In this document: positions 21,054 through 29,633 of the stretch, in pieces
Numbering within the stretch: the first letter of the stretch is position 1
Layout of the letters: the number at the start of each line of letters is the position of its first letter
Origin: an uncultured Spirochaetota bacterium
GTDB taxonomy: Bacteria; Spirochaetota; Spirochaetia; SZUA-6; Fen-1364
Length of the DNA: 64,000 nt
Direction of reading: 5' to 3'
Assembly (NCBI GenBank): GCA_963845535.1
Contig: CAWJSK010000015.1
Location: 352,001-416,000, forward strand
Made by a program: the position numbers and the translations under genes
The notes under the pieces: generated by a model
Database searches by the model: none
The model's input: the letters and a program-made list of their open reading frames with translations, nothing else
Told to the model about the DNA's origin: nothing

Positions 21054-21709
21054 TGGTGAAGCCTGTCACGTTTCTCGTGGTTGATGACCACCCCGTCTTC
21101 CGCCAGGGCCTCGTGGCGCTCATCAGGAGCACTGACCGCTACATGGTGTGCGGGGAGGCGGGTTCCGCGGAAGAGGCGCTTGCGGCGCTGGAGAAAGCTG
21201 TCCCCGACATCGCCCTTGTGGACATCTCACTCGTCGGGAAGAACGGCCTGGACCTCGTACGGACGCTCAAGGCATCCCACCCCGCCATGCTCATCCTCAT
21301 CATCTCGATGCATGACGAGGTGGTGTACGCCGAGCGCGCTCTGAAGGCGGGCGCGCGCGGGTACGTGATGAAACAGGAAGCCGCCTCCGTCATGCTGGAC
21401 GCAATCACCACGGTCCTGTCGGGGAAGATCTACGTCTCCGCGGCAATGCGCGACAGGCTTTTGGAGACGATGTTCAGCCGCCGTGAGGAAAACGAGGCGC
21501 CTTCGGTGGAACGCCTCAGCGACCGCGAGCTGGAGGTGCTGGAGCGCATTGGCCAGGGGTACGGCGCCGCGGAGATCGCGAAGATGCTCAACCTCTCCGT
21601 GAAGACCGTCAACGCCTATCGCGACCATATCAAGGAGAAGCTGCGCGTGGACGGCGCCGGTGACCTCAGGCGCTTCGCGGTGAAATGGGTCCAGAGCCGG
21701 GATAAGTGA
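21053..21709 (+). CDS. NarL/LuxR-family response regulator
   Basis: VDDHPVFRQG, LVDISL phosphoacceptor, SMHDE, GYVMK, LSDRELEV..SVKTV HTH; translationally coupled to the kinase. Confidence 0.95.
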   Translation: MVKPVTFLVVDDHPVFRQGLVALIRSTDRYMVCGEAGSAEEALAALEKAVPDIALVDISLVGKNGLDLVRTLKASHPAMLILIISMHDEVVYAERALKAGARGYVMKQEAASVMLDAITTVLSGKIYVSAAMRDRLLETMFSRREENEAPSVERLSDRELEVLERIGQGYGAAEIAKMLNLSVKTVNAYRDHIKEKLRVDGAGDLRRFAVKWVQSRDK

Positions 21710-21741
21710 TACGAGGCGCACGTCCTTCCGCGGCGCGGCTT

Positions 21742-23133
21742 TCAGAAGCTGTACCGCGCGTGGGCAAACACCTCGTTCTGGCCGCTCAACGCCCCGAACA
21801 CCGTGGAGCTTGTTGCCTGGATCCAGTGGAATCCGATCGTCAACTCGGCATTGTCCATGGGATGGATTGTGATGGACGGCGCGGCGAGGATGGCGTAGTT
21901 GTTCGGAATGTCGCTCCAGTTCCTCACCTCGAAGAGGAAACTGAAGGGCGTGAGCTTCAGCTTGCCGTCCAGGAGGTTCCAGTCCAGGTTGACGGAAAAA
22001 TAGTCATTGAGGTTTCCCGCGCCCGCTTCCTGGAAAAGCCCGTGAACGAACTGGGCGTTGAGATAGAGATCGCCGGGGAACGTGTAGTCTCCCCCCACCA
22101 CGTATTTCAGGTAGGGCGTGTTGTCCAGCGCGGTGGACTGGATGACGCCGCCGCCGAGGGCGCTGGAGTCCTGCGTGAGCGTGACCTTCTCAGGCAGGAA
22201 CACCGCGGCCTCGGCCCAGACGCCGACTCCCCCGATGGCACCGGCAAGGTCGGCGCCGAAGACGTGCTCTCGAGGATAGACGAGATTCACGCTGGCGTTG
22301 ACCGCCGTCATGCCGGAAGGCGTGATCACTTCGCTGTCGATTATGGGCAAGCTCTGTCTACCGTAGAGATAGGACACGGAAAGATCGTATCCGATGAGAT
22401 TGCCCTTGATCTTCAGGCCCGCATTGAGGCTGTCCGCAAGGGTGAGGCCGGGGAGCGTCACGTTCGTCGTGACTGTCCCGAGACTCAGCCCGGGAGGCGC
22501 CTGCACGGCCTGCGGCATGAGCGCGGTGGCCCACTGCCCCGTGGGCAGGACGGCAGGCGTGAACTGCGCCACGGCAAGCCCGGTGATCGTTATGCCTCCC
22601 GCATAAACCGAAAGCTGGACGCCATCCGATCCGAGGTGCCTGCCGAAGTCCCAGGGGTCGCTGAGGTCCAGGGCGTTCACGTTGTCGGTCGGGTTCAGCT
22701 TGTCCGCCGTTCCCCAGGCAATGCGCTGGCGGCCCACCTTCAAGTCTACGTTGCTGAATATGAACCCATTCAGCTCGAAGTAGGCTTCGCGAAGGTCCAG
22801 AGAGACCGGTGCCACGCCTCCGACGGTGAAGAGCTCCGAGGGGGGCGGAGGGGCCGACGGCAGGCCGGCGGAACGAACCCACGCTTCCGCGTGGAGCTTC
22901 GCCGCATCTGACGGCCTGGCATCCGTGACGAGCTCCAGGCGATACTCCTGGAACGTAAGCTGCGGGTTCGCCTCGGTGGATACCCGGTCATCCGTGGAAG
23001 CTGCTCCACCCAGAGAGACCGCGCTGCCTGCCCCCGAATCGGAGGGCTGCTGGGCCCAGGCAACAGGGCTCATGGTCAAGGCAAGGAGAGCGGCCAGGGC
23101 CGCAGCGGGCAGCGCCGCGAGCAATCGTCTCAT
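21742..23133 (-). CDS. Putative outer-membrane beta-barrel protein (DUF1302-like)
   Basis: Signal peptide (AWA), LREAY and VGRQRIAWG motifs, amphipathic strands, C-terminal RYSF. Confidence 0.7.
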   Translation of the reverse strand: MRRLLAALPAAALAALLALTMSPVAWAQQPSDSGAGSAVSLGGAASTDDRVSTEANPQLTFQEYRLELVTDARPSDAAKLHAEAWVRSAGLPSAPPPPSELFTVGGVAPVSLDLREAYFELNGFIFSNVDLKVGRQRIAWGTADKLNPTDNVNALDLSDPWDFGRHLGSDGVQLSVYAGGITITGLAVAQFTPAVLPTGQWATALMPQAVQAPPGLSLGTVTTNVTLPGLTLADSLNAGLKIKGNLIGYDLSVSYLYGRQSLPIIDSEVITPSGMTAVNASVNLVYPREHVFGADLAGAIGGVGVWAEAAVFLPEKVTLTQDSSALGGGVIQSTALDNTPYLKYVVGGDYTFPGDLYLNAQFVHGLFQEAGAGNLNDYFSVNLDWNLLDGKLKLTPFSFLFEVRNWSDIPNNYAILAAPSITIHPMDNAELTIGFHWIQATSSTVFGALSGQNEVFAHARYSF

Positions 23134-23144
23134 GGTGAGTCCTC

Positions 23145-23897
23145 CTACTGGCCGAGGTAGCGCTCGGTGAACTTCTCATCCCCGATCCCCGTGTCGAGCT
23201 TGAGATCTGAGACGAGCATCTGCGTTGTGTGCTGCTTCCTGAGGTCCTCCATCGTGCTGTCCATGGAGACCCAGTATCCCTTCACCTGCTTCAGGTCTCC
23301 GCGGACAAGGACCTTGGAAAGAGTCCCTGACTTGTCGTAGTACTCGACGCGAACGGGATAGAAGTTGTCGTTGCGGACCGTCACGAGCTGCCGGGAGTAG
23401 TCCGTCGAGCTGCCGGGCTTCGGCGTCAGCTCCATGATGGTCGTGTCCTGGGCGCGGCTCTTGAATGCCGCCACCCACGTGGAGGACCATTTCACCGCTT
23501 CCAGGTCCTCGTACGTGAAATCCGTGCCCGCGAAGTTGGTGTTTTTCACGGAGCTTGCAATCCTTCGGACCTTGTTGAACGCCGGCAGGTACAGGTACTG
23601 GAGGTCTCCCGGCAGGGAGAGAAAGGCGATGCCCCTCTGGTCCGCCGGCGCCGTGAACCGCACCAGGCGCTTGTCACGGCCTTTCTGCAGCATCATCATT
23701 TCCCGGGTCTTGCGGGAGCCGTCCTTGTCCACCAACACAAGCTGGACGGTGTAGCTCTGGTCCTTCGGACCGTTGATTGCGTCATCAATTCTGTCCAGGA
23801 CCTGCGCCGGCGTCAGGTCGATGTCCTGCGCCAACGCCGGGAAGGCGGTGAGCGCCAGGAACAACAAGGCGGCCAGGGCGAGACGGGTGAGTTTCAT
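23145..23897 (-). CDS. Outer-membrane lipoprotein-sorting (LolA-like) periplasmic protein
   Basis: Signal peptide; F.APAD.RG.AFL, YLYLPA..KVRRI, FAGTDFTYED and EYYDK motifs. Confidence 0.85.
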   Translation of the reverse strand: MKLTRLALAALLFLALTAFPALAQDIDLTPAQVLDRIDDAINGPKDQSYTVQLVLVDKDGSRKTREMMMLQKGRDKRLVRFTAPADQRGIAFLSLPGDLQYLYLPAFNKVRRIASSVKNTNFAGTDFTYEDLEAVKWSSTWVAAFKSRAQDTTIMELTPKPGSSTDYSRQLVTVRNDNFYPVRVEYYDKSGTLSKVLVRGDLKQVKGYWVSMDSTMEDLRKQHTTQMLVSDLKLDTGIGDEKFTERYLGQ

Positions 23898-26181
23898 GTG
23901 GTTCTTCCTCCAAGTCTTTGAGAGTATGGGCGTGTTCGCGGTCTCTGATGAAAAGCGAGGGCGCGCTCAGAATGAGGGCCGGCAGGAGCGTCAGCGCGCC
24001 CGTCCCGCTCGTGAGCATCACGACTGCCGTCAGGATCCCGAACTGTCGGAGCGGAATCAGGTTGGCGAAGAGGAGCGCAATGAACCCCATCGTGACGGCG
24101 AGCACGTTGATGATGATTGCCCTGCCGGTTGTCTGGATGGTCCTTGTGACGGCTTCCGCCGCCGTGGATGGTCCGCGGTAGTATGTGGAGAACCGGACGC
24201 TGAAGTGGATGGAATAGTCGATCCCGATCCCGAGCGCGATTGCGCCCACCAGGACGGTCGCTATATTGATGGGGATGCCGGTGATTCCCATGAGGCCGAA
24301 CATCACGACAATGGCCAGGACAATGGGCGCAAGGCCGATGATCCCCGCGCGCCAGGACCTGAGCTTGATGGCCAGAAGCAGGAAGATGAACACGAGCGCA
24401 ATCCCCAGGCTTTCCGCCTGGCTGCTGAGGACGCTCTGGTCAAGGTGCCAGGAGATGAGGGGCATGCCGGTGTAGCTGACGTCGACCAGCTTCCTGTCGA
24501 TCCCTCGGATGTAGCCGTCCAGGGAGTCGATCAGGTGCGCGAGCTGCGCGCTCTCCAGCATCCCGACCATTGCCTGGATCTGCCCTTCGTCCTTGGCGTC
24601 ATCGATCAGCCCGCTCACGAGGTCCTGGCCTTCGAGCAGGAACATGAGGTTGGCGACCTTCCCGCGATCATCGGGGATGACTTTTCGGCCGTCGATCAGC
24701 TCGTTCATCTCCGCAACCAGGTCGGCAATGGAGAGCGGGTTGGCGGCCAGGTGCTCCGTGGTGATGAACTTCTCCATCCGCAGCATCTCTTTGAGCACGC
24801 GCGGATCTGTCAGGTCCCCCTTGAAATCGATCTGCACCGGCCGCGAGCCGCCGAACTCGCGCTGCAGGAGCGCCTCGGTTGCCCTCACGGGGTTCCTGGC
24901 GTCGATGAACTTCGTGAACTCCGATTCGCGCCTGATCAGCGGGGCGCCTACGAGCGCGCAGACCAGGACGACTCCGCCTGCCACCAGGATGGCACGTCGA
25001 TGACGGACCACGATGTCACCCCACCGTTCCATGAGCCTCTGGATCAGGCGGTCCCTGGTCCGTTCCGTGCGCCGCGGTGAGACATGGATCGATCCCACGA
25101 CCGCCGGCACGAAGAAGATGGAGATAAGAAGGGAGAACGCCACCCCGATGGCGGAAAAGATCCCGAAGTCGCGGATGGTCGTGAGGTACGAGCCGACGAT
25201 GAACGATGAGAAGCCCAGGACGATAGTGAGGGCGGCAAGGACCACGCGTATCCCGACCTCCCGAAACGCCGACTGGGATTCCTCCCCCCGCGCGCCGTAG
25301 CGGGTCACATCCTCGTCGAACTTGCTCAGGATGTGGATGCACGGGGCGGTGCCAAGGGCCACGAGGAGGGCGGGGATGATGTCGGAGACCATCGTGAGGG
25401 GCACCTTGAGAAGCCCGAAAAGCCCAAGGACCCAGACGGTGCTCATGAGGACCGAGCCGAGGGGGATGAGGACCCCGCGGACGGTCCCGAATGATACGTA
25501 GAGGGTGAGAATTATCAGGATGGACACGATGGGGATCAGGATCTTCAAGTCGTGGAAAATGATGGCGGCAAGCTCTGAGGCCAGGAGCGGGCCGCCGCCG
25601 AATTGAAGCTTTTCCGCCGTATTGCATCCCGCGGCGGCCTCCTTGACGCGCGCCACAACGGAATCCGTTCGAACGCTCGAATCGATCTGGCAGACGATCA
25701 GCGTTGTGCGCCCGTCGTACGAGACGATGCCGCCGCGGTACCTCTCATTTCCCATGACGGTATTCCGCAGGGCCTGGATCTGCGCGGGCTCGGTGGGGGG
25801 ACTCCCCGGCTCGAAGAGCCGTCCGATCTCGATGCCCCCATCAGGCGCCTTTCGGATGTCCATCATGTCGGCAAGGCTGATGACCGAAGAGACGCCTTTG
25901 ATCCCCTGGAACGCCCGAGTGAGGTTGTCCACGTCCTTGAGCGTCTGGGCCGTGAACACATTGTCCGATTCCACCGCCACCAGCACGACGTCATTCTGAC
26001 CGAACTTTTCTCCCAAGTGGTTGAACAGCCGTACGGCTGCGTCCCCCTTGGGCAGGTAGGTAACCACGTCGCTGTTGACGGTGATGTCCTTGATCCAGTA
26101 CGCGAAGAAGAGCGTCGTGGCGACGAAGACGGCGATGATCAGAACGCGATGGCGGAAGACGAATGCCGTGAGTCGTTTCAT
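23785..26181 (-). CDS. MMPL/RND-superfamily transporter
   Basis: Duplicated TM/periplasmic architecture and GIGIDYSIH motif; the tail overlaps the next gene by 113 nt. Confidence 0.9.
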   Translation of the reverse strand: MKRLTAFVFRHRVLIIAVFVATTLFFAYWIKDITVNSDVVTYLPKGDAAVRLFNHLGEKFGQNDVVLVAVESDNVFTAQTLKDVDNLTRAFQGIKGVSSVISLADMMDIRKAPDGGIEIGRLFEPGSPPTEPAQIQALRNTVMGNERYRGGIVSYDGRTTLIVCQIDSSVRTDSVVARVKEAAAGCNTAEKLQFGGGPLLASELAAIIFHDLKILIPIVSILIILTLYVSFGTVRGVLIPLGSVLMSTVWVLGLFGLLKVPLTMVSDIIPALLVALGTAPCIHILSKFDEDVTRYGARGEESQSAFREVGIRVVLAALTIVLGFSSFIVGSYLTTIRDFGIFSAIGVAFSLLISIFFVPAVVGSIHVSPRRTERTRDRLIQRLMERWGDIVVRHRRAILVAGGVVLVCALVGAPLIRRESEFTKFIDARNPVRATEALLQREFGGSRPVQIDFKGDLTDPRVLKEMLRMEKFITTEHLAANPLSIADLVAEMNELIDGRKVIPDDRGKVANLMFLLEGQDLVSGLIDDAKDEGQIQAMVGMLESAQLAHLIDSLDGYIRGIDRKLVDVSYTGMPLISWHLDQSVLSSQAESLGIALVFIFLLLAIKLRSWRAGIIGLAPIVLAIVVMFGLMGITGIPINIATVLVGAIALGIGIDYSIHFSVRFSTYYRGPSTAAEAVTRTIQTTGRAIIINVLAVTMGFIALLFANLIPLRQFGILTAVVMLTSGTGALTLLPALILSAPSLFIRDREHAHTLKDLEEEPHETHPSRPGRLVVPGAHRLPGVGAGHRPDAGAGPGQN

Positions 26182-26184
26182 GGC

Positions 26185-26772
26185 CTACCGCCTGAGAATG
26201 CCCTTGAACAGAACTTCGAGCAGAGAGTCCAGTTTTTTTTCTGCTTCAGGTGGCTGCGGATCCGGTGAAAACGGGTATTCGAAAGCCCGGAAGGCCGTCA
26301 CCATTGCTGCCGCCGTGGTTCGGATGTCGCGAATGGAAAACCTGCCCTCCCTGACCCCTTGCTCAAGGATGCCGGAGATTATGGTGATCTCATCCCCGTC
26401 GAACATCTCGTGGATTCTCAGGAGCAGGTCGTACCGTTCCCGGGTTGCTTCGACGAACTCCAGATGCTGGTTCAGTTTCCTCTGGAACATCTCCGTTCGT
26501 TTGAGGATGTATGCCCTGATTTTTCCCTCCGGCGTGGGCTCTGCTTCGATAGCCTTGAGGAACTCCCCCCGAAGCTCGGCAACCTCGCTCTTGAATACCT
26601 CCAGGAAAATGTCCTCCTTGCACGTGAAATAGTGGTAGAGCGAGCTTTTTCCCATTCTCAGCGCACTGGCTATGTCGCTCATCGTGGTCTTCTCGAACCC
26701 GAACTGCTGGATGACAACCGCGGCTGCCTGGACCACGGATTGTTTCTGTTCGTCATACGTTTTGCCGTGCAT
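26185..26772 (-). CDS. TetR/AcrR family transcriptional regulator
   Basis: GFEKTTMSDIA..GKSSLYHYF.CKEDI HTH; GGAGG SD. Confidence 0.93.
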   Translation of the reverse strand: MHGKTYDEQKQSVVQAAAVVIQQFGFEKTTMSDIASALRMGKSSLYHYFTCKEDIFLEVFKSEVAELRGEFLKAIEAEPTPEGKIRAYILKRTEMFQRKLNQHLEFVEATRERYDLLLRIHEMFDGDEITIISGILEQGVREGRFSIRDIRTTAAAMVTAFRAFEYPFSPDPQPPEAEKKLDSLLEVLFKGILRR

Positions 26773-26818
26773 CAAACAACCTCCCGTATCGAGAGCCTAT
26801 GGCATAGACAGCAAGTCC

Positions 26819-26847
26819 ATTCGACCAATTAGGACTTTTAGTCGAAT
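26819..26847. promoter_or_regulatory. Candidate TetR operator (imperfect inverted repeat)
   Basis: ATTCGACCAA-N9-TTAGTCGAAT, 9/10 complementary, just downstream of the predicted transcription start. Confidence 0.6.
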
Positions 26848-26856
26848 AATCTATTC

Positions 26857-26884
26857 AATATAGCCCTTTGTTGTATGTTGTCAA
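26857..26884 (-). promoter_or_regulatory. Sigma70 promoter of the tetR-RND operon
   Basis: Minus strand TTGACA-N16-TATATT. Confidence 0.75.
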
Positions 26885-26952
26885 TATCTCTTGCGGCGAA
26901 TTTCTATGAAGTTGCTCGATCCTGGGGAAAAGGAGAGGGTTGACCCTGGGGA

Positions 26953-26993
26953 AACCGCAAAAAGTGGAAAAGAGTTTTCCACTTTCTGCGGTT
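26953..26993. other. Long inverted repeat (19-bp arms, 3-nt loop) downstream of asnS; terminator or protein-binding palindrome
   Basis: AACCGCAAAAAGTGGAAAA-GAG-TTTTCCACTTTCTGCGGTT, one mismatch. Confidence 0.7.
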
Positions 26994-27086
26994 CTTATAG
27001 GGTTGCGGAGGGCTTTGCGGACAGCACCTTGTCAGCAGGCCGTCGTCAGGAGGCTCTTGTCCCCAGGCCTTGTCCCAGGCTTTTGG

Positions 27087-28385
27087 CTATGGGTATATCC
27101 TCGAAATGGTGCGTGGGAACGGGATGCACTCCCTGATGTGCTGGGTGCCGCAGATCCACGCGAGCGTGCGCTCCAGCCCAATGCCGAAGCCTGAGTGCGG
27201 GACCGAGCCGTACTTGCGGAGGTCCAGGTACCAGCCGTAGGATTCTTCCGGCAGCTTCTCCTCATGGATGCGAGCCAGGAGCTTCTCGAGGACGTCCTCA
27301 CGCTGCGAGCCGCCAATGATCTCACCATACCCTTCAGGGGCCAGCAGGTCTGCGCAGAGAACGGTCTCCGGATTATCAGGATTCTCCTTCATATAGAAGG
27401 CTTTTGCCTTTTTCGGATAGTTCGTGACGAAAATCGGCTTCTCATGCATTTTTGTGAGGATCGTTTCGTCCTCCCCGCCCAGGTCGTCTCCCCACTGGAT
27501 GGCGCTTCCCTTTCCCTGGAGCGTTTTCACCGCCTCTCCGTAGTCCATTCGAATGAAGGGCGCCGTTACCTTTCGCAGGGGCTCGATGTCCCGCTCGAGC
27601 ACGGCCAGCTCCGCGGCGCAGTTGGCAAGGACGTCGGACACCACGCGGCTTACCATGTCCTCCTGGAGCCTCATGTTGTCCTGGTTGTCGAAATACGCCA
27701 CCTCGGCCTCCAGCATCCAGAACTCGGTAAGATGCCGGCGCGTCTTGGACTTTTCCGCCCGAAACGTCGGGCCGAAGTTGTACACCTTGCCGTACGCCAT
27801 GCAGGCGGCCTCGAGGTACAGCTGTCCTGTCTGGGCGAGGTACGCGTTGCCCAGGTCGAAATACGGCACCGTGAAAAGCGTGCCCGCGCTTTCACCGATT
27901 GAGCCGGTGAGGATGGGAGTGTCGACGAGCAGGTAGCCGCGCTCGTGGAAGAACGATCGGAATGACATGATGGCCTGGTCGCGGATGCGCATGATGGCCG
28001 CGGGACGCGTGGAGCGCAGCCACAGGTGCCTGTTCTCCAGGAGAAAGTCGATGCCGTGCTCCTTCTTGGAGATGGGGTAGTCGTCCGCCGGATTCTGGAC
28101 CACATCGAGGCCGACCACCGTGAGCTCGAATCCAGAGGGGGCCCGCTCGTCCTTTCGGACCTTGCCGCGGACTCTTACCGAAGCTTCCATGCGAAGGGCG
28201 GTGATTTTCGAGAAGCCGTCAACCCCGAACGCGCTTTCCTCCGCGACGCCCTGGATCCTCCCCGTCCCGTCGCGAAGCTGGAGGAACGCGATCTTTCCCT
28301 TCGACCTGAGGTTGTACAGCCAGCCCTGGATCTCCACTTCGGAATCCACGTGTTTTCCGATTTCCGTAATCGAAACCCTGTCCAT
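27087..28385 (-). CDS. asnS: Asparagine--tRNA ligase
   Basis: OB-fold GW..R.KGK.FL.LRDG, RHLWLR, QTGQLYLE, FGPTFRAEKSKTRRHLTEFWM, GEIIGGSQRE and PHSGFGIGLER motifs. Confidence 0.97.
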   Translation of the reverse strand: MDRVSITEIGKHVDSEVEIQGWLYNLRSKGKIAFLQLRDGTGRIQGVAEESAFGVDGFSKITALRMEASVRVRGKVRKDERAPSGFELTVVGLDVVQNPADDYPISKKEHGIDFLLENRHLWLRSTRPAAIMRIRDQAIMSFRSFFHERGYLLVDTPILTGSIGESAGTLFTVPYFDLGNAYLAQTGQLYLEAACMAYGKVYNFGPTFRAEKSKTRRHLTEFWMLEAEVAYFDNQDNMRLQEDMVSRVVSDVLANCAAELAVLERDIEPLRKVTAPFIRMDYGEAVKTLQGKGSAIQWGDDLGGEDETILTKMHEKPIFVTNYPKKAKAFYMKENPDNPETVLCADLLAPEGYGEIIGGSQREDVLEKLLARIHEEKLPEESYGWYLDLRKYGSVPHSGFGIGLERTLAWICGTQHIRECIPFPRTISRIYP

Positions 28386-28453
28386 TCGCGATCTCCTTGG
28401 TGTCTGTGGTGTGGTGGCGCGCGGGGGGCCCGTTGGCGCGAGTCCAACCGCGC

Positions 28454-29533
28454 CTAAACGAACTCGTCCCGCTCTCGCAGGATGGCGATCTCCCCTTTTT
28501 GCTCCAGCAGCTGCACGTACTCCAGGAAATCCTGGAGGGCTGCCTCGACCTCGCTCTTGCGCACCGCGCCCAGGGAATCGGATTCCAGACGCACAAGGTC
28601 ACGCCGTCTCTCCGAGAGGGAGGCGAGGATGCGCAACTTCACCTTCTCCTCCACGCCCTTGGTGAGCATGGCGATCTCGCGGTCGGAGTGATCACGCAGC
28701 ACTTTCTGCAGGTCCTTGTCCGGGATCTGGAAGACGATGTCGATGGTGTACAGCTTCTTCTTGATTTCATTTGAGACGTTGGGCTCGAGCGTCTGAAGGA
28801 TGGCCTGCTCCTTGCCCGGGTCCATGAAGCGCAGGATCTCCGTGAGGGCGGCCTTGCCGTCAATCTCCTGCGTCACGGGGGTGCTCTGTTCGTGGACCTT
28901 GCCCCGGAGCGTCTCCTCCGCCCTGCGGACCACCTCGGGATCAACCTTTTTCATCCGGGCAATCCGGGGGACGATCTCGCGCTGGACTTCCGGGGTCAGC
29001 GCCTGGAGGATGCGCGCCGCGAGCTTGGGCTCCAGGTGCGCGAGGATCAGGGAGGCCACCGGCACGGACTCTTCCCGCACCAGGGAAATTGCCTGGTGGA
29101 CGTCAATGTCCTGGAGGAAGGAGAAGGGCGGGGGAGCCATGTCCTTCCTCACTTTGGCAAGGATCTTCTCCGCCTTCTCAGCGCCGAGAGACGCGGTGAG
29201 CATCTCCTGGGCTTTTTCTATCCCTCCCAGGGCGATGAGGTTCTTCGTTTCCTTGATGTAGCCGAACTCTTCGAGGACCTTGGAGGCCTCCCGCTCCTCG
29301 ATTCGCTGGGTGCGGGCAATCTCCTTTGTGATGCCCTCGATCTCTTCCGGAGCCATGTGCTTGAGCACGCGCGCTGCTTCGTCCTTGCCCAGAAGCATGA
29401 GGAACTGGGCCGCTTTGCGGTATCCGGCGTCCCGGCTCGTTTCCTTGATGAAGCCCCGGATGGACGGATCCAGGCCTGTCTTCTTTGCCGCCCGCGGCTT
29501 TCTGGACTTGCGCTTTTCCTCTCCGCCTGCCAT
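28454..29533 (-). CDS. fliG: Flagellar motor switch FliG paralogue (orphan, FliG1-like)
   Basis: KAAQFLMLLG, GGIEKA, PFSFL, ARMKKVDPEV, IDG, NEIKKKLY and SERRR..ESD.LGAVR.SEVE.A segments typical of FliG; no flagellar neighbours. Confidence 0.8.
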   Translation of the reverse strand: MAGGEEKRKSRKPRAAKKTGLDPSIRGFIKETSRDAGYRKAAQFLMLLGKDEAARVLKHMAPEEIEGITKEIARTQRIEEREASKVLEEFGYIKETKNLIALGGIEKAQEMLTASLGAEKAEKILAKVRKDMAPPPFSFLQDIDVHQAISLVREESVPVASLILAHLEPKLAARILQALTPEVQREIVPRIARMKKVDPEVVRRAEETLRGKVHEQSTPVTQEIDGKAALTEILRFMDPGKEQAILQTLEPNVSNEIKKKLYTIDIVFQIPDKDLQKVLRDHSDREIAMLTKGVEEKVKLRILASLSERRRDLVRLESDSLGAVRKSEVEAALQDFLEYVQLLEQKGEIAILRERDEFV

Positions 29534-29540
29534 TGGCGGT

Positions 29541-29628
29541 ATCTTATCGCTTCTCCCCACCGAGTGCCAAGGATGAGAGATCGACTCCCGGGTTTCCGTT
29601 TGTCCGTCCGTCCGACTCTTCGTACCTT
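29541..29628. promoter_or_regulatory. Back-to-back sigma70 promoters for fliG (-) and the YyaL-like gene (+), both apparently leaderless
   Basis: Minus strand: TTGGCA-N18-TAAGAT-N7-ATG. Plus strand: TTGTCC(29600)-N17-TACCTT-N5-ATG(29634). Confidence 0.55.
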
Positions 29629-29633
29629 CTGGA

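Noticed and set aside
26891..27136. 81-aa ORF in the asnS-tetR intergenic region
   Set aside because: Atypical composition, no SD, it overlaps the asnS end and runs through the palindrome; treated as non-coding
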